Source: Candidatus Omnitrophota bacterium (GTDB lineage: Bacteria; Omnitrophota; Gorgyraeia; Gygaellales; Profunditerraquicolaceae). From it: a stretch of DNA of 64,000 bases. The notes under the pieces are model-generated. The model had not been told where the DNA came from and ran no database searches. It saw only the letters and a list, made by a program, of their open reading frames with translations. Of this stretch, positions 55,840 through 64,000 are shown in pieces. A program made the translations under genes and the position numbers. Positions within the stretch are counted from its first letter, which is position 1; every line of letters starts with the position of its first letter. The stretch spans positions 15,449-79,448 of the forward strand of contig JBAZKL010000001.1 of the NCBI GenBank assembly GCA_041650835.1, written 5' to 3'.

Positions 55840-56949
55840 CTATTGTTTCTTACGGCCCAAGAGCGCGTCCTTAAGCTGAGGCGCTTCCAATAAACTGCCA
55901 TAGTGAAAAATAACACTTGACCCGCCGGCTTCCTGACTTTGCCGGAATTCCTGCGCGAACAATTGCGGAGAACGCAAGAATTTATAGGCTCCCACGCCTA
56001 TTTTGATCCTGGAAAAATCAGGCACTATCTTCTTGACCGACGCAAGCCACCTGGCGAATTCTTCCGGGTCGGGAGAATAACTCATGATCGTCACAAAATC
56101 AACCAGCCCGCAAGAAAGCCATGAAGGCCAATCCTGGTACGCTTCATAATACGCACGGGCATACGGCATGCATCCTGTCGCGGACACCTGAATACCGGGG
56201 CTCAGCGCCCTGGCTTCCTTCACCAAAACTGCCAGTAATTCGGTAACCTGAGCGCGTTTCCAATCTTGCCATTGCCGGCTGTTCTCATCAATAATACCTT
56301 GCCCTGTTGCTTTCTTAAAGCGTTCAACATTATTTTTTGCGTACCCATAATGAGGAGCGGTATCAGGATAACGGACATAATCGAATTGTATCCCATCCAA
56401 ACGAGGATAACGCCTCAACAGCTCAGAAACTATTTTTACGAGGTCTCCCCTTACCCGCTGGTCTCCCGGTTCAAGGAAATACTGAGAATCGATCAGGAAA
56501 TCACGCAATTGTTTTTTTTGAGCCGTGTTTCGCGTCAAAACCTCGGTCCCGTATTTTTTAAGGAATACCGCGTCCTGATTATTTGCCAGGCTTAACATAT
56601 TTACCCACGCGTGCACTTGGATACCGGCGCGGTGAGCCTGCCGGAGTAACAGTTCAAAAGGGTCTTCGGCAACATCTTTGAGGCATTTTTGATACGGGGC
56701 GTCGTCAGCTGCCTCTGAAGGAAACCATGCCTGGTTCTTACGATACACCTGCACGAAAAGCAGCGTGATGCGGGCGTCTTTGGCGAAACTGATGAGCTTC
56801 TCGATCTCACGGCGGCTTGAAAGCACCACAGGGTCCTGCACAACAGAGACAAAAAGAGCGCGCGGGGCTGCCCCGCCGCTTTGCGCCGGGATAAAAGGAA
56901 CTAACCCGAAAAACAAAGCTAAAAATAAAACCCGCGCAGTATTCATCAT
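55840..56949 (-). CDS. secreted GHL10-type (family 10 glycoside-hydrolase-like, DUF4015) protein
   Basis: Signal peptide; TIM-barrel GHL10-like motifs (HAWVNM, GIQFDYVRYP); 4-nt overlap with deacetylase stop. Confidence 0.5.
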   Translation of the reverse strand: MMNTARVLFLALFFGLVPFIPAQSGGAAPRALFVSVVQDPVVLSSRREIEKLISFAKDARITLLFVQVYRKNQAWFPSEAADDAPYQKCLKDVAEDPFELLLRQAHRAGIQVHAWVNMLSLANNQDAVFLKKYGTEVLTRNTAQKKQLRDFLIDSQYFLEPGDQRVRGDLVKIVSELLRRYPRLDGIQFDYVRYPDTAPHYGYAKNNVERFKKATGQGIIDENSRQWQDWKRAQVTELLAVLVKEARALSPGIQVSATGCMPYARAYYEAYQDWPSWLSCGLVDFVTIMSYSPDPEEFARWLASVKKIVPDFSRIKIGVGAYKFLRSPQLFAQEFRQSQEAGGSSVIFHYGSLLEAPQLKDALLGRKKQ

Positions 56950-57779
56950 TGATAAAACCCTTTCGCGCGGGCGACCTGCTCTAAGTCATCGTCCCCTTCG
57001 AGGGCGTAGCGCGCTAACGTGAAGGTCTGGTCCCTGCGGAAAATATAGCCGTTGTTTAAACCGTTTACGCTTACCGCGGCATCAAAACCTGCCTGCTTGA
57101 CCATCGAGATCACCTCATCGTTATAATCGCCGAAAGGATAAGCGAACACAACAGCCGGTTTCCTTAAACGGCTTTCCAGGATATTTTTAGGTTCGATTAT
57201 TTCGCGAGAGAGATATTTTTCCGGTAAAACAGTCAATTGAGAATGGGTGTGAGAATGAGGTTCAACATCCATTCCGGCCGTAGCAAGTTCCTCAAGCTGC
57301 CTCCAATCCATGTACGCGGAATGGCCTATAGAATCGGTAATAATAAAAAAAGTGGCGGGGATCTTATATTTCACTAAGAGCGGGAACGCTCCGGTATATT
57401 GGTCTTTCCACCCGTCATCAAAAGTAAGCACGATCGGTGACGCAGGCAGCGCAATGCCTTCTTTACGATGCGCGACTAATTGAGCGAGTGAGACCGGATG
57501 GAAGCCGTGCGCGACGATCCAGGCAAGGTGCGCCTCGAACTTTTTCGGCGAAAGCGTCCAACGCTTGAGCGCCCGGCCGGCGTTCTCAGGCAGGTCAGCG
57601 ATATGATGATACAAAAGGACCGGGACACTCTCTTTTTCAAGCGACGCCCGCACCGGCTCCACAGAAACGCCCGCGCATCCCCCTAAAAGAAAAGCGCCTG
57701 CCCCTAACAAAAAAAACAACCTGATTATCTGAGCGGTCTTTTTTGTTTTTTTCCAAGCCATCCTTAATAGGGATCGCAT
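56946..57779 (-). CDS. polysaccharide deacetylase (CE4/NodB family) lipoprotein
   Basis: Lipoprotein signal MRSLLRMAWKKTKKTAQIIRLFFLLGAGAFLLGGC; NodB motifs LTFDDGW, HSHTH; tracked N-terminal extension starts with TTG, so start moved to first plausible ATG. Confidence 0.7.
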   Translation of the reverse strand: MRSLLRMAWKKTKKTAQIIRLFFLLGAGAFLLGGCAGVSVEPVRASLEKESVPVLLYHHIADLPENAGRALKRWTLSPKKFEAHLAWIVAHGFHPVSLAQLVAHRKEGIALPASPIVLTFDDGWKDQYTGAFPLLVKYKIPATFFIITDSIGHSAYMDWRQLEELATAGMDVEPHSHTHSQLTVLPEKYLSREIIEPKNILESRLRKPAVVFAYPFGDYNDEVISMVKQAGFDAAVSVNGLNNGYIFRRDQTFTLARYALEGDDDLEQVARAKGFYQ

Positions 57780-58244
57780 GGAGATTAAAAAGCTCGTTAC
57801 ACGCTTAACTTTTTCAGGCATATAACTCTCATCGGACACTTCAATCGATAGATTTGACTCATCAAAAATGGAAGGGAACAAAAATAACAGGTTTATTTAG
57901 CAGCTTTCTGCTTATGCACCTTGTCAACTTGGCCGAGATGGACATGACAGTACACTTCGTGATTATAGATACTTAATATATGCTTACAAGAAGAAAATTT
58001 ACATTTCCTCCCCTTAAGTGAAGTCCTTGCTTTCTTCATTTCACGCCCCCTCATCTGATAGGACACACCGCTGTTCTATAATAATCGTTCGCTGGCAAAC
58101 GCTTCCCGGGCCTCCGATCATCCCTAACCATGCGGGATGGCATTATCAAACCCTTAATGCGGCAAGCAACATGCCAAAAACGTATTTTATTATTATATCA
58201 CGTTACGACAGATAAACGGAACAATTCTTTGCTCGATGAGGGCA

Positions 58245-58280
58245 TAAAAAAAAGACAGAACCATGAAGTCCTGTCTTTTA
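58245..58280. terminator. bidirectional Rho-independent terminator after the small Cys-rich ORF
   Basis: AAAAAAAAGACAG-12 nt loop-CTGTCTTTTAT: stem flanked by A-run and T-run. Confidence 0.55.
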
Positions 58281-58309
58281 TCGGTGAAAAAAGGCCGCGA
58301 GCGCTTTAC

Positions 58310-58420
58310 CTACTTTTTACAGACACATTCGCTTGCTTTTTTCCTGCACCCGCTGCAAACTCCTTTTTCAACGGGTTTTCCACACTTCTTACACGGGGTA
58401 CATCCGCAGGTATCGCACAT
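58310..58420 (-). CDS. unannotated 36-aa cysteine-rich peptide (9 Cys; zinc-ribbon/metallothionein-like)
   Basis: Not in ORF track (<60 aa). GGAGG-5 nt-ATG. Peptide MCDTCGCTPCKKCGKPVEKGVCSGCRKKASECVCKK; CxxC...16...CxxC spacing, Lys-rich. Terminator immediately downstream. Confidence 0.5.
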   Translation of the reverse strand: MCDTCGCTPCKKCGKPVEKGVCSGCRKKASECVCKK

Positions 58421-58448
58421 ATGACTACCTCCTTTTTGTATTTACACG

Positions 58449-58922
58449 TTATTCTAATTTCGCGGCAGCTTCTTTTAAGGCTTTTATCAGGTCCTGCCGG
58501 TTATCGTTGCCTTCAAGGCCATAGCTTCCGAGAGTTTCCACCTCCCGTAAAGCCGCTTGGATATATGCCTCCCCCAGGTACTCCCTGGCTTCGGGAAATC
58601 TTGAACGAAGCGCCAAGGCTTTTTTATACGTTTCCAGGGACTCATCGATCAATCCAAGCTTTAGTTGCGTATGAGCGAGCATATTGAGTATATCGGGATT
58701 CTTCCTGTCTTCTCTTAAAGCCTGCTCAAACAAAGCCATGGCACGTCGGTAATCTCCCCTCTCATGCGCAGCTGCCCCCTGATCATAAAGATTTACAACA
58801 GGTGCTTCCTTCGATTGCTCGCCGCGCCAGGAAGAAGAACCGGTCCCCGCGGCATGCGCCGCAATGACCGCGCCGAACAACAATACGCATATGACCACGG
58901 TCGTTTTTAGTTTAGTATCCAT
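58449..58922 (-). CDS. secreted tetratricopeptide-repeat protein
   Basis: Start at MDTKLKTT preceded by GAGGAGG-5 nt; signal peptide; TPR helices (RRAMALFEQALRED..., YKKALALRSRFPEAREYLGEAY). Confidence 0.65.
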   Translation of the reverse strand: MDTKLKTTVVICVLLFGAVIAAHAAGTGSSSWRGEQSKEAPVVNLYDQGAAAHERGDYRRAMALFEQALREDRKNPDILNMLAHTQLKLGLIDESLETYKKALALRSRFPEAREYLGEAYIQAALREVETLGSYGLEGNDNRQDLIKALKEAAAKLE

Positions 58923-58968
58923 TTTTACCTCCTCACCCGCGTTCTCAGGCATCCAAACACCAAACATT

Positions 58969-59301
58969 CTATTTTGGCGGGATTACTCCTTTTTTTAATT
59001 TATTAATTCCTTTTACCGCCATAAAGATCGAAAACGCTACGATCAAAAAATCAATTATATTATTAAAGAACTGCCCGTATCTTAAAGTAACAGCCGGCTG
59101 AGTAAACGTCGCTTCTTTAAGTGTTATCACCAAGTTCTTAAAATCAACACCGCCTATTAACATTCCGACAGGCGGCATTATAACATCATTAACCAAAGAA
59201 TTAACGATCTTCCCAAAGGCAGCGCCGACCACAATACCCACTGCCATATCTACGGCATCACCTTTTACGGCAAATTCTTTAAACTCTTTGATGATCGGCA
59301 T
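58969..59301 (-). CDS. mscL: large-conductance mechanosensitive channel
   Basis: [33 protein letters not shown]...[14 protein letters not shown] canonical MscL, 110 aa. Confidence 0.9.
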   Translation of the reverse strand: MPIIKEFKEFAVKGDAVDMAVGIVVGAAFGKIVNSLVNDVIMPPVGMLIGGVDFKNLVITLKEATFTQPAVTLRYGQFFNNIIDFLIVAFSIFMAVKGINKLKKGVIPPK

Positions 59302-59491
59302 TCCCCCCCTCCCTCAGAGCGCTTCATGCTTTCTCTCTTTGTTAACTTATTATATCTACTTCAAGTAATTTTTACAATGACAGCTTTCGCCTTTTTTCTG
59401 ACTTTTAAACACCAGCTGTTCTTATATATTGAAATTAACGTTATATGAGTATTTGCTGATAGAGTTACGGGGGAATGCTCAGTGAGTATCG

Positions 59492-61063
59492 CTATCGGGC
59501 TTTAAGACGCTGCCGCGCCGAATCCAGCTTATCAAGGAATTTATCTTTCTTAAACTGCGTTGCCCATCGCTTCATGACCATCCAACCGCCAAAGCGGATC
59601 AGGTCGTTGCGCCAGGACCTGTACCATTTCTTCCATCCTGCTTTAATATTGTATAAAAAGAAAACTAACGCGGGAAAGGAAAATATATTGAATACAACCA
59701 TAAAAACATATTGAAATTGATAGAATCTCCCCATGATCTTTCTATTAGCAAACTGCATATCTTCAGCGCTCATGGGCTTATCAGGCTCAAAAAGAGGAAA
59801 ATTACCGTCATAATATTCCCAGCCGACATCCTGAAGCGGATAAAGCCTGTTTTGCGTGGCAAGCCTATGCCTTAATTCTGTCCCCGGCAGCGGTGTCGGC
59901 AGTAAAACCTGGATAGTATCGATCCTTGCTTTTTTAATAAAACCCTTAAAGCGCTTAATTCTGCGGTTTATCGGCATTTGAAAATTCACGCCGTCTTTCA
60001 TGGGGTATCCGAAAATGAACATGCCGTGCACTAAAAACCCGAATTTATGATATATCCTGGTTAAAGCTATCATATCTTCAGGCATGAGATGTTTATTCAT
60101 CGCCTTGAGCTCCTCTTCAATCGGCGACTCAAAACCGATAGCAACGGTATTGATCCCGGTTTGTCGCATCGCGAAAAGCAGCTCCGGATCTTTAGCTTTA
60201 TCCAGCCTTATCTGAACGACTAAATCCACCCTGGTGCCGATGCTCTTTTGATAATCTTTAAGCATTCCGCAGAAGCGTATTGTTTCATCCCGATGCTGGC
60301 CGAAAAGGTCGTCCACAATAAAAAAATGCCTGGCGTCATGGATCTCAACGAGGCGGCTGATGCATTCAAGCAGGCGCTCAGGAGAGGCGTTGCGCGGCTT
60401 ACCTTTAACCGTGCAGAATTCGCATTCCATACCGCAGCCTCGTATCCGCTCAACCGGATAAACATCTATCCGGGCATAGCGAACCAGGGAAAAATCCGGT
60501 AAAGGAAGCTTATCAAAGTCGATCAAAGGCGCTCTTTTAGGGGTATAGACAGGCAACCCATTCTTTAAATAAACAATGCCTTTGACCGAGGATACATCCT
60601 GCCGCTTTTCTATGGCAGACAGGAGTTCCTTAATAGCCACTTCCCCTTCACCGATAACACAATAGTCAATACCGGAATGTAACGCCTCCGGGATTGTCTC
60701 CTCGACAAAATGCTGCCCTCCGGCAATAGTCACAACTCCCTTTTTCTTATAAAAACGGGATAATTCATAAAGCCGGGGGATAGTGCTGGTCAATCCGCCG
60801 TAAAACCCGACCACATCCGCGGGCCGGTAACTTTGCAAGAATTCATGGTCAGCGCCGCCCGAATAGCCCCGCGGCCCGTGCCGGCGCAGGTTGTTTTCAT
60901 CAATTACCTCGACATCCCAACCCTCTAATTCATGCGCGGCGCTTGCGACACAAACCGGCCCCAAAGCCGTAGTCTTATTCGCAATATGGGAATAAATGTT
61001 AAACGCCGGATACGCCGGGATAACAATCCTTAATCTATACCTTCTTTTGCATGCATCTGACAT
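59492..61063 (-). CDS. B12-binding domain radical SAM protein with C-terminal membrane helix
   Basis: B12-binding N-terminal region, CxxxCxxC (RGCGMECEFCTV), C-terminal hydrophobic FQYVFMVVFNIFSFPALVFFLY; 523 aa. Confidence 0.7.
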   Translation of the reverse strand: MSDACKRRYRLRIVIPAYPAFNIYSHIANKTTALGPVCVASAAHELEGWDVEVIDENNLRRHGPRGYSGGADHEFLQSYRPADVVGFYGGLTSTIPRLYELSRFYKKKGVVTIAGGQHFVEETIPEALHSGIDYCVIGEGEVAIKELLSAIEKRQDVSSVKGIVYLKNGLPVYTPKRAPLIDFDKLPLPDFSLVRYARIDVYPVERIRGCGMECEFCTVKGKPRNASPERLLECISRLVEIHDARHFFIVDDLFGQHRDETIRFCGMLKDYQKSIGTRVDLVVQIRLDKAKDPELLFAMRQTGINTVAIGFESPIEEELKAMNKHLMPEDMIALTRIYHKFGFLVHGMFIFGYPMKDGVNFQMPINRRIKRFKGFIKKARIDTIQVLLPTPLPGTELRHRLATQNRLYPLQDVGWEYYDGNFPLFEPDKPMSAEDMQFANRKIMGRFYQFQYVFMVVFNIFSFPALVFFLYNIKAGWKKWYRSWRNDLIRFGGWMVMKRWATQFKKDKFLDKLDSARQRLKAR

Positions 61064-61508
61064 ATTATACTTATTCTTCTCCCCTCTTCAAGATCTCATT
61101 GCATTTTAACATACCAGGGATCATTCATGTCTTTCCTTTGTCACTTTTAAAAATGTTACCAAATATTTATGCTTAAATTTGACTCCGCATCTCACGCAGC
61201 TATTAATTGTATTCTCCCTTTGTGATGGTTAATGAGAAAAACTACTGCTATTCAGGTAACAGTAGCGAAATATCGTATATAATTATACTACTTTAAAAGC
61301 GTTAAAACAATTCTTTAATCCGGGAGCGATCCCCGCACTCTCACGTCTATTTAACGCGCGCTTTTTCTCTTTACTTACCTTTACCATGCTTTGATATTCC
61401 TGCAGCGGCTTTGTCCGGTTCTTTTTTCTTTCTACAGAATCAATCCCATCTACCGTTGCGCGCGCCGTAGACATAGTCGTCATGTAAGGGAACGTTCCCA
61501 CGCACAGC

Positions 61509-61838
61509 TTACTTGCCGGATTTTTCTTGAGCTTTAGCCTGCAATTCTTCCGCGATCTTCTCAATATACTTTTCAGGGTCTTTTTTAAAATCATCGACAC
61601 ACAGAGCGCAGCAGAAATTGTAGATCTTGCCTTTATATTCATAGGTTACCGCTTCCATGCCCTGCCCAACTTTTTCCCCTGAAACCGGACAAATCATATT
61701 CCCCACATTAACGGATTCCACTTTCCGAGCTGTTTCCTGCTCCTTAAGGTCTTTATCTTCCCGCTGACTGTAAGATAGTTGCGCTGTCCCAAAAAAGAAT
61801 ATTCCTATGCATACAATAAATACTATTCTTTTAAACAT
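61509..61838 (-). CDS. secreted YHS-domain (metal-binding) protein
   Basis: Start at MFKRIVFIVCIGIFFFGTAQ (signal peptide); CPVSGEKV...YEYKGKIYNFCCALCVDDFKKDPEKY matches YHS/TRASH pattern; downstream of HME-RND pump. Confidence 0.6.
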   Translation of the reverse strand: MFKRIVFIVCIGIFFFGTAQLSYSQREDKDLKEQETARKVESVNVGNMICPVSGEKVGQGMEAVTYEYKGKIYNFCCALCVDDFKKDPEKYIEKIAEELQAKAQEKSGK

Positions 61839-61871
61839 TTTCTCTCCCTTGCACAGTATGCGCACACCGGC

Positions 61872-64000
61872 CTATCCGATGAGGCCGGGTGTTTTCTCTA
61901 ATAACCTCTCTTCTCTCCACGAATAAAGCGTAGGCACAATAAACCAAGTGATCATTTCAATGGTCATTCCTCCTATTAAAGGTATCGCCATCGGCTGCAT
62001 TATCTCCGCACCGGTACCTTTTAAGAATAATATCGGTAATAATGCTACAATAGTGGTAACTGTAGTCAGGAATGCCGGCCGGATCCTTCTCAACCCCGCA
62101 TACACGGTAGCCTCAATTACATCCTGCCGCGTCCTTATTATATCCTTACGTTCTTTGAACACTTCGTCAAGATACGTCGTGATCAACACGCCATCATCAA
62201 CCGCAACTCCGAAGAGCGCGATAAAACCTACCCAGACTGCAACGGAAAAGTTAAATCCGAAAAAAGCTAATAACCAAACCCCTCCTGCCAGCGTCACCGG
62301 AACAGCGATAAAAATAAAAACCGACTTTATAATAGAACGGAAATTCATGTAGATGAGCATAAAATTAATCAGTAAACTTATCGGCAATAGCATTGCTATC
62401 TTATTCTTGGCGCGCACCTGATTCTCAAACTGGCCTGACCACTGCAGAAAATAACCCGCAGGCAACTTTATCTCTCTGGCAACTTTCTTGGAAGCCTCTT
62501 CCACAAAACCCACCATATCACGGCCGCGCACATTCATTAACACATAGGCGCGCAAAAGCCCGTTCTCCGAATTAATCATCGCCGGGCCAGTAACAAAATA
62601 TATATCCACTAATTGGGAAATAGGGATCTGCGCGCCGGATTTAGTAGAAACAAGCACGCGCCTAAGCGCGTCAATATTATCACGCAATTCCCGGGCATAG
62701 CGCACACGTACCGGATAACGCTCCCTGCCTTCAACCGTAGTAGTAAGATTTTCTCCTCCGATAGCCATCTCGATCACATCCTGAACATCACGGATGGAAA
62801 TTCCGTAGCGCGCCAACGCTTCTCTTTTGATCTTAAATTCAATATAAGGCTTACCGACAATTTTCTCCGAATACAGATCTACAGCTCCGGGAATAGTCTT
62901 AACAACCTTTTCTACTTCTGTTGCAATTTCTTCTATTTTCTTTAAATCCGGGCCAAACACCTTAACCCCCACCGAAGTCCTGATACCGGTAGCCAACATA
63001 TCAATGCGATTGACGATAGGCTGAGTCCAAATATTAGAAACGCCGGGTATTTGTAAAGCCGCATCCATTTCTCTTGTAAGTTTCTCTTTAGTCATACCCT
63101 TGCGCCACTTGCTCTTGGGTTTTAAAGTAATAATCGTCTCAAACATCTCTACCGGCGCCGGATCCGTAGCTGATTCTGCCCGGCCGACTTTCCCTACCAC
63201 CGTTTCTACTTCCGGGAAAGAATCAATGATCTTATCCTGGATCTGAATCACTCTTACTGCCTCAGTTAAAGAGACAGACGGACGCATCACGGGCATAAAA
63301 AGAATGGAGCCCTCATCAAGTGCAGGCATAAACTCCCGGCCGATACGCGGGCTAAACCAAAACCAGGCTAAGCTTAAAGCTGCAAGTAATAGTATAAGTA
63401 AAACCGATTTTACTTTTTTGGGGAGAATAAAGATAAGTACTGTCAATACAATCCCGGCGAAAATGATCAAAGAAATAATATCTTTGGGCAGAATGAAACT
63501 CAGGCTCGTTATTAAAATAACTGCCGGAATAAGCAGGAAAATAATACGATGCTTTAAACACCAGCGTAAAACTTTTTCATAATTACGCTGTAATATCCTC
63601 ACTAACGGGTTTTCCTCGGGTGAGCGTAATTTACCTTTCAGGAAATACATACTTAATACCGGAATCAAAGTTAAAGCCACGACCACTGAAGCAAGCAAAA
63701 CAAAAGTCTTAGTATACGCCAGCGGTGTAAAAAGCTTTCCTTCCTGCGACTCCAGGGCAAATACCGCTAAAAAAGATACTACGGTAGTTAAAACCGCGGT
63801 GATCACTGCTGAGCCTACTTGGCTAGCAGCATTAAAAATAATTTCCCTCCGCGATCGTATGCCTTTTTTAATATCGTCGGCATGAATGATCAAATGACTA
63901 TAGGCATTTTCGGTCATCACAATTCCCATATCCACCAGAGTCCCAATGGCAATAGCGATACCGGATAAGGACATGATGTTAGAGTCTATTTTAAGATAAT
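61872..64000 (-). CDS. heavy-metal efflux RND permease (CusA/CzcA family), C-terminal ~700 aa; N-terminus beyond right window edge
   Basis: RND TM bundles and periplasmic porter subdomains; AcrB/CusA-like C-terminal TM7-12 pattern; ORF open to window end. Confidence 0.7.
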   Translation of the reverse strand, partial: YLKIDSNIMSLSGIAIAIGTLVDMGIVMTENAYSHLIIHADDIKKGIRSRREIIFNAASQVGSAVITAVLTTVVSFLAVFALESQEGKLFTPLAYTKTFVLLASVVVALTLIPVLSMYFLKGKLRSPEENPLVRILQRNYEKVLRWCLKHRIIFLLIPAVILITSLSFILPKDIISLIIFAGIVLTVLIFILPKKVKSVLLILLLAALSLAWFWFSPRIGREFMPALDEGSILFMPVMRPSVSLTEAVRVIQIQDKIIDSFPEVETVVGKVGRAESATDPAPVEMFETIITLKPKSKWRKGMTKEKLTREMDAALQIPGVSNIWTQPIVNRIDMLATGIRTSVGVKVFGPDLKKIEEIATEVEKVVKTIPGAVDLYSEKIVGKPYIEFKIKREALARYGISIRDVQDVIEMAIGGENLTTTVEGRERYPVRVRYARELRDNIDALRRVLVSTKSGAQIPISQLVDIYFVTGPAMINSENGLLRAYVLMNVRGRDMVGFVEEASKKVAREIKLPAGYFLQWSGQFENQVRAKNKIAMLLPISLLINFMLIYMNFRSIIKSVFIFIAVPVTLAGGVWLLAFFGFNFSVAVWVGFIALFGVAVDDGVLITTYLDEVFKERKDIIRTRQDVIEATVYAGLRRIRPAFLTTVTTIVALLPILFLKGTGAEIMQPMAIPLIGGMTIEMITWFIVPTLYSWREERLLEKTPGLIG

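Noticed and set aside
58018-58687. Plus-strand ORFs 58018-58215 and 58130-58687
   Set aside because: Antisense to the SD-supported Cys-peptide and TPR genes and to their terminator; no SD, low-complexity products.
61283-61642. 119-aa minus-strand ORF overlapping the YHS gene
   Set aside because: Its 5' half overlaps the better-supported YHS-domain gene in another frame. Only the 3' 67 codons (61283-61483) are free, and they lack an SD; noted only as low-confidence.
1-64000. tRNA, rRNA and mobile-element scan
   Set aside because: No tRNA-like T-arm/anticodon-arm structures noticed in intergenic regions, and no transposase, integrase or IS inverted repeats; the longest intergenic stretches are explained by repeats, promoters and terminators.

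Overview
This 64 kb window looks like a chromosomal segment from an uncultivated diderm bacterium. The diderm call rests on TolC-like, ExbB/ExbD, RlpA-like, MacAB and lipoprotein genes. An anaerobic, ferredoxin-based metabolism is suggested by a two-subunit 2-oxoacid:ferredoxin oxidoreductase, three radical-SAM enzymes (two of them B12-binding) and a flavodoxin/4Fe-4S fusion. GC is roughly 47% by eye. Coding density is high, and about 60 of 63 genes lie on the minus strand, many joined by ATGA-type start/stop overlaps. I found no rRNA, no tRNA, no CRISPR and no transposase or integrase.

Ordinary content:
- pncA-pncB NAD salvage
- korAB, a two-subunit 2-oxoacid:ferredoxin oxidoreductase
- a DEAD-box helicase
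- cspA
- mscS and mscL
- corA
- an ABC-F ATPase
- a MATE efflux pump
- a TolC-MacA-MacB efflux operon led by an AbrB-like gene
- a GH1 beta-glucosidase
- an exopolysaccharide-type block (Wzx-like flippase, amidinotransferase, membrane-fused spermidine-synthase-like protein, GHL10, CE4 deacetylase)
- a YHS/CusA-type copper efflux pair that runs off the right edge

Regions worth a second look:
- 19.5-33.5 kb: a 2,580-aa signal-peptide protein with four transmembrane segments, ending in its own terminator, immediately followed by a type IV pilus-like cluster. The cluster has a PilC platform, a major pilin, three minor pilins (one with a discoidin-like domain), a PilM-PilN fusion, PilO and a PilP-like gene. 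It has no secretin and no PilB/PilT ATPase; the nearest secretion ATPase is an orphan CpaF-type gene 2.3 kb away.
- A roughly 110 nt structured element (two hairpins) is duplicated upstream of the sigma-70-like promoters of two minus-strand operons. One copy carries an extra nested-hairpin insertion.
- A REP-like palindromic repeat array lies at 14.99-15.43 kb, and the same unit recurs at 33.8 kb.
- An ECF sigma factor fused to a zinc-binding anti-sigma (ZAS-type HxxxCxxC) domain is co-transcribed with a minimal M50 site-2 protease.
- Two genes are interrupted by single-base frameshifts: a roughly 1,210-aa MASE/PAS/GAF histidine kinase split at a T5 run, and an RlpA-like lipoprotein.
- A 36-aa ORF with 9 cysteines, a GGAGG ribosome-binding site and its own terminator is missing from the ORF track.
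- A secreted protein is rich in His, Tyr, Arg and Gly.
- A MTA/SAH-type nucleosidase sits in an operon with two radical-SAM genes.

All calls come from reading the translated ORFs and nucleotide patterns. No database search was possible, so family assignments rest on recognised motifs.
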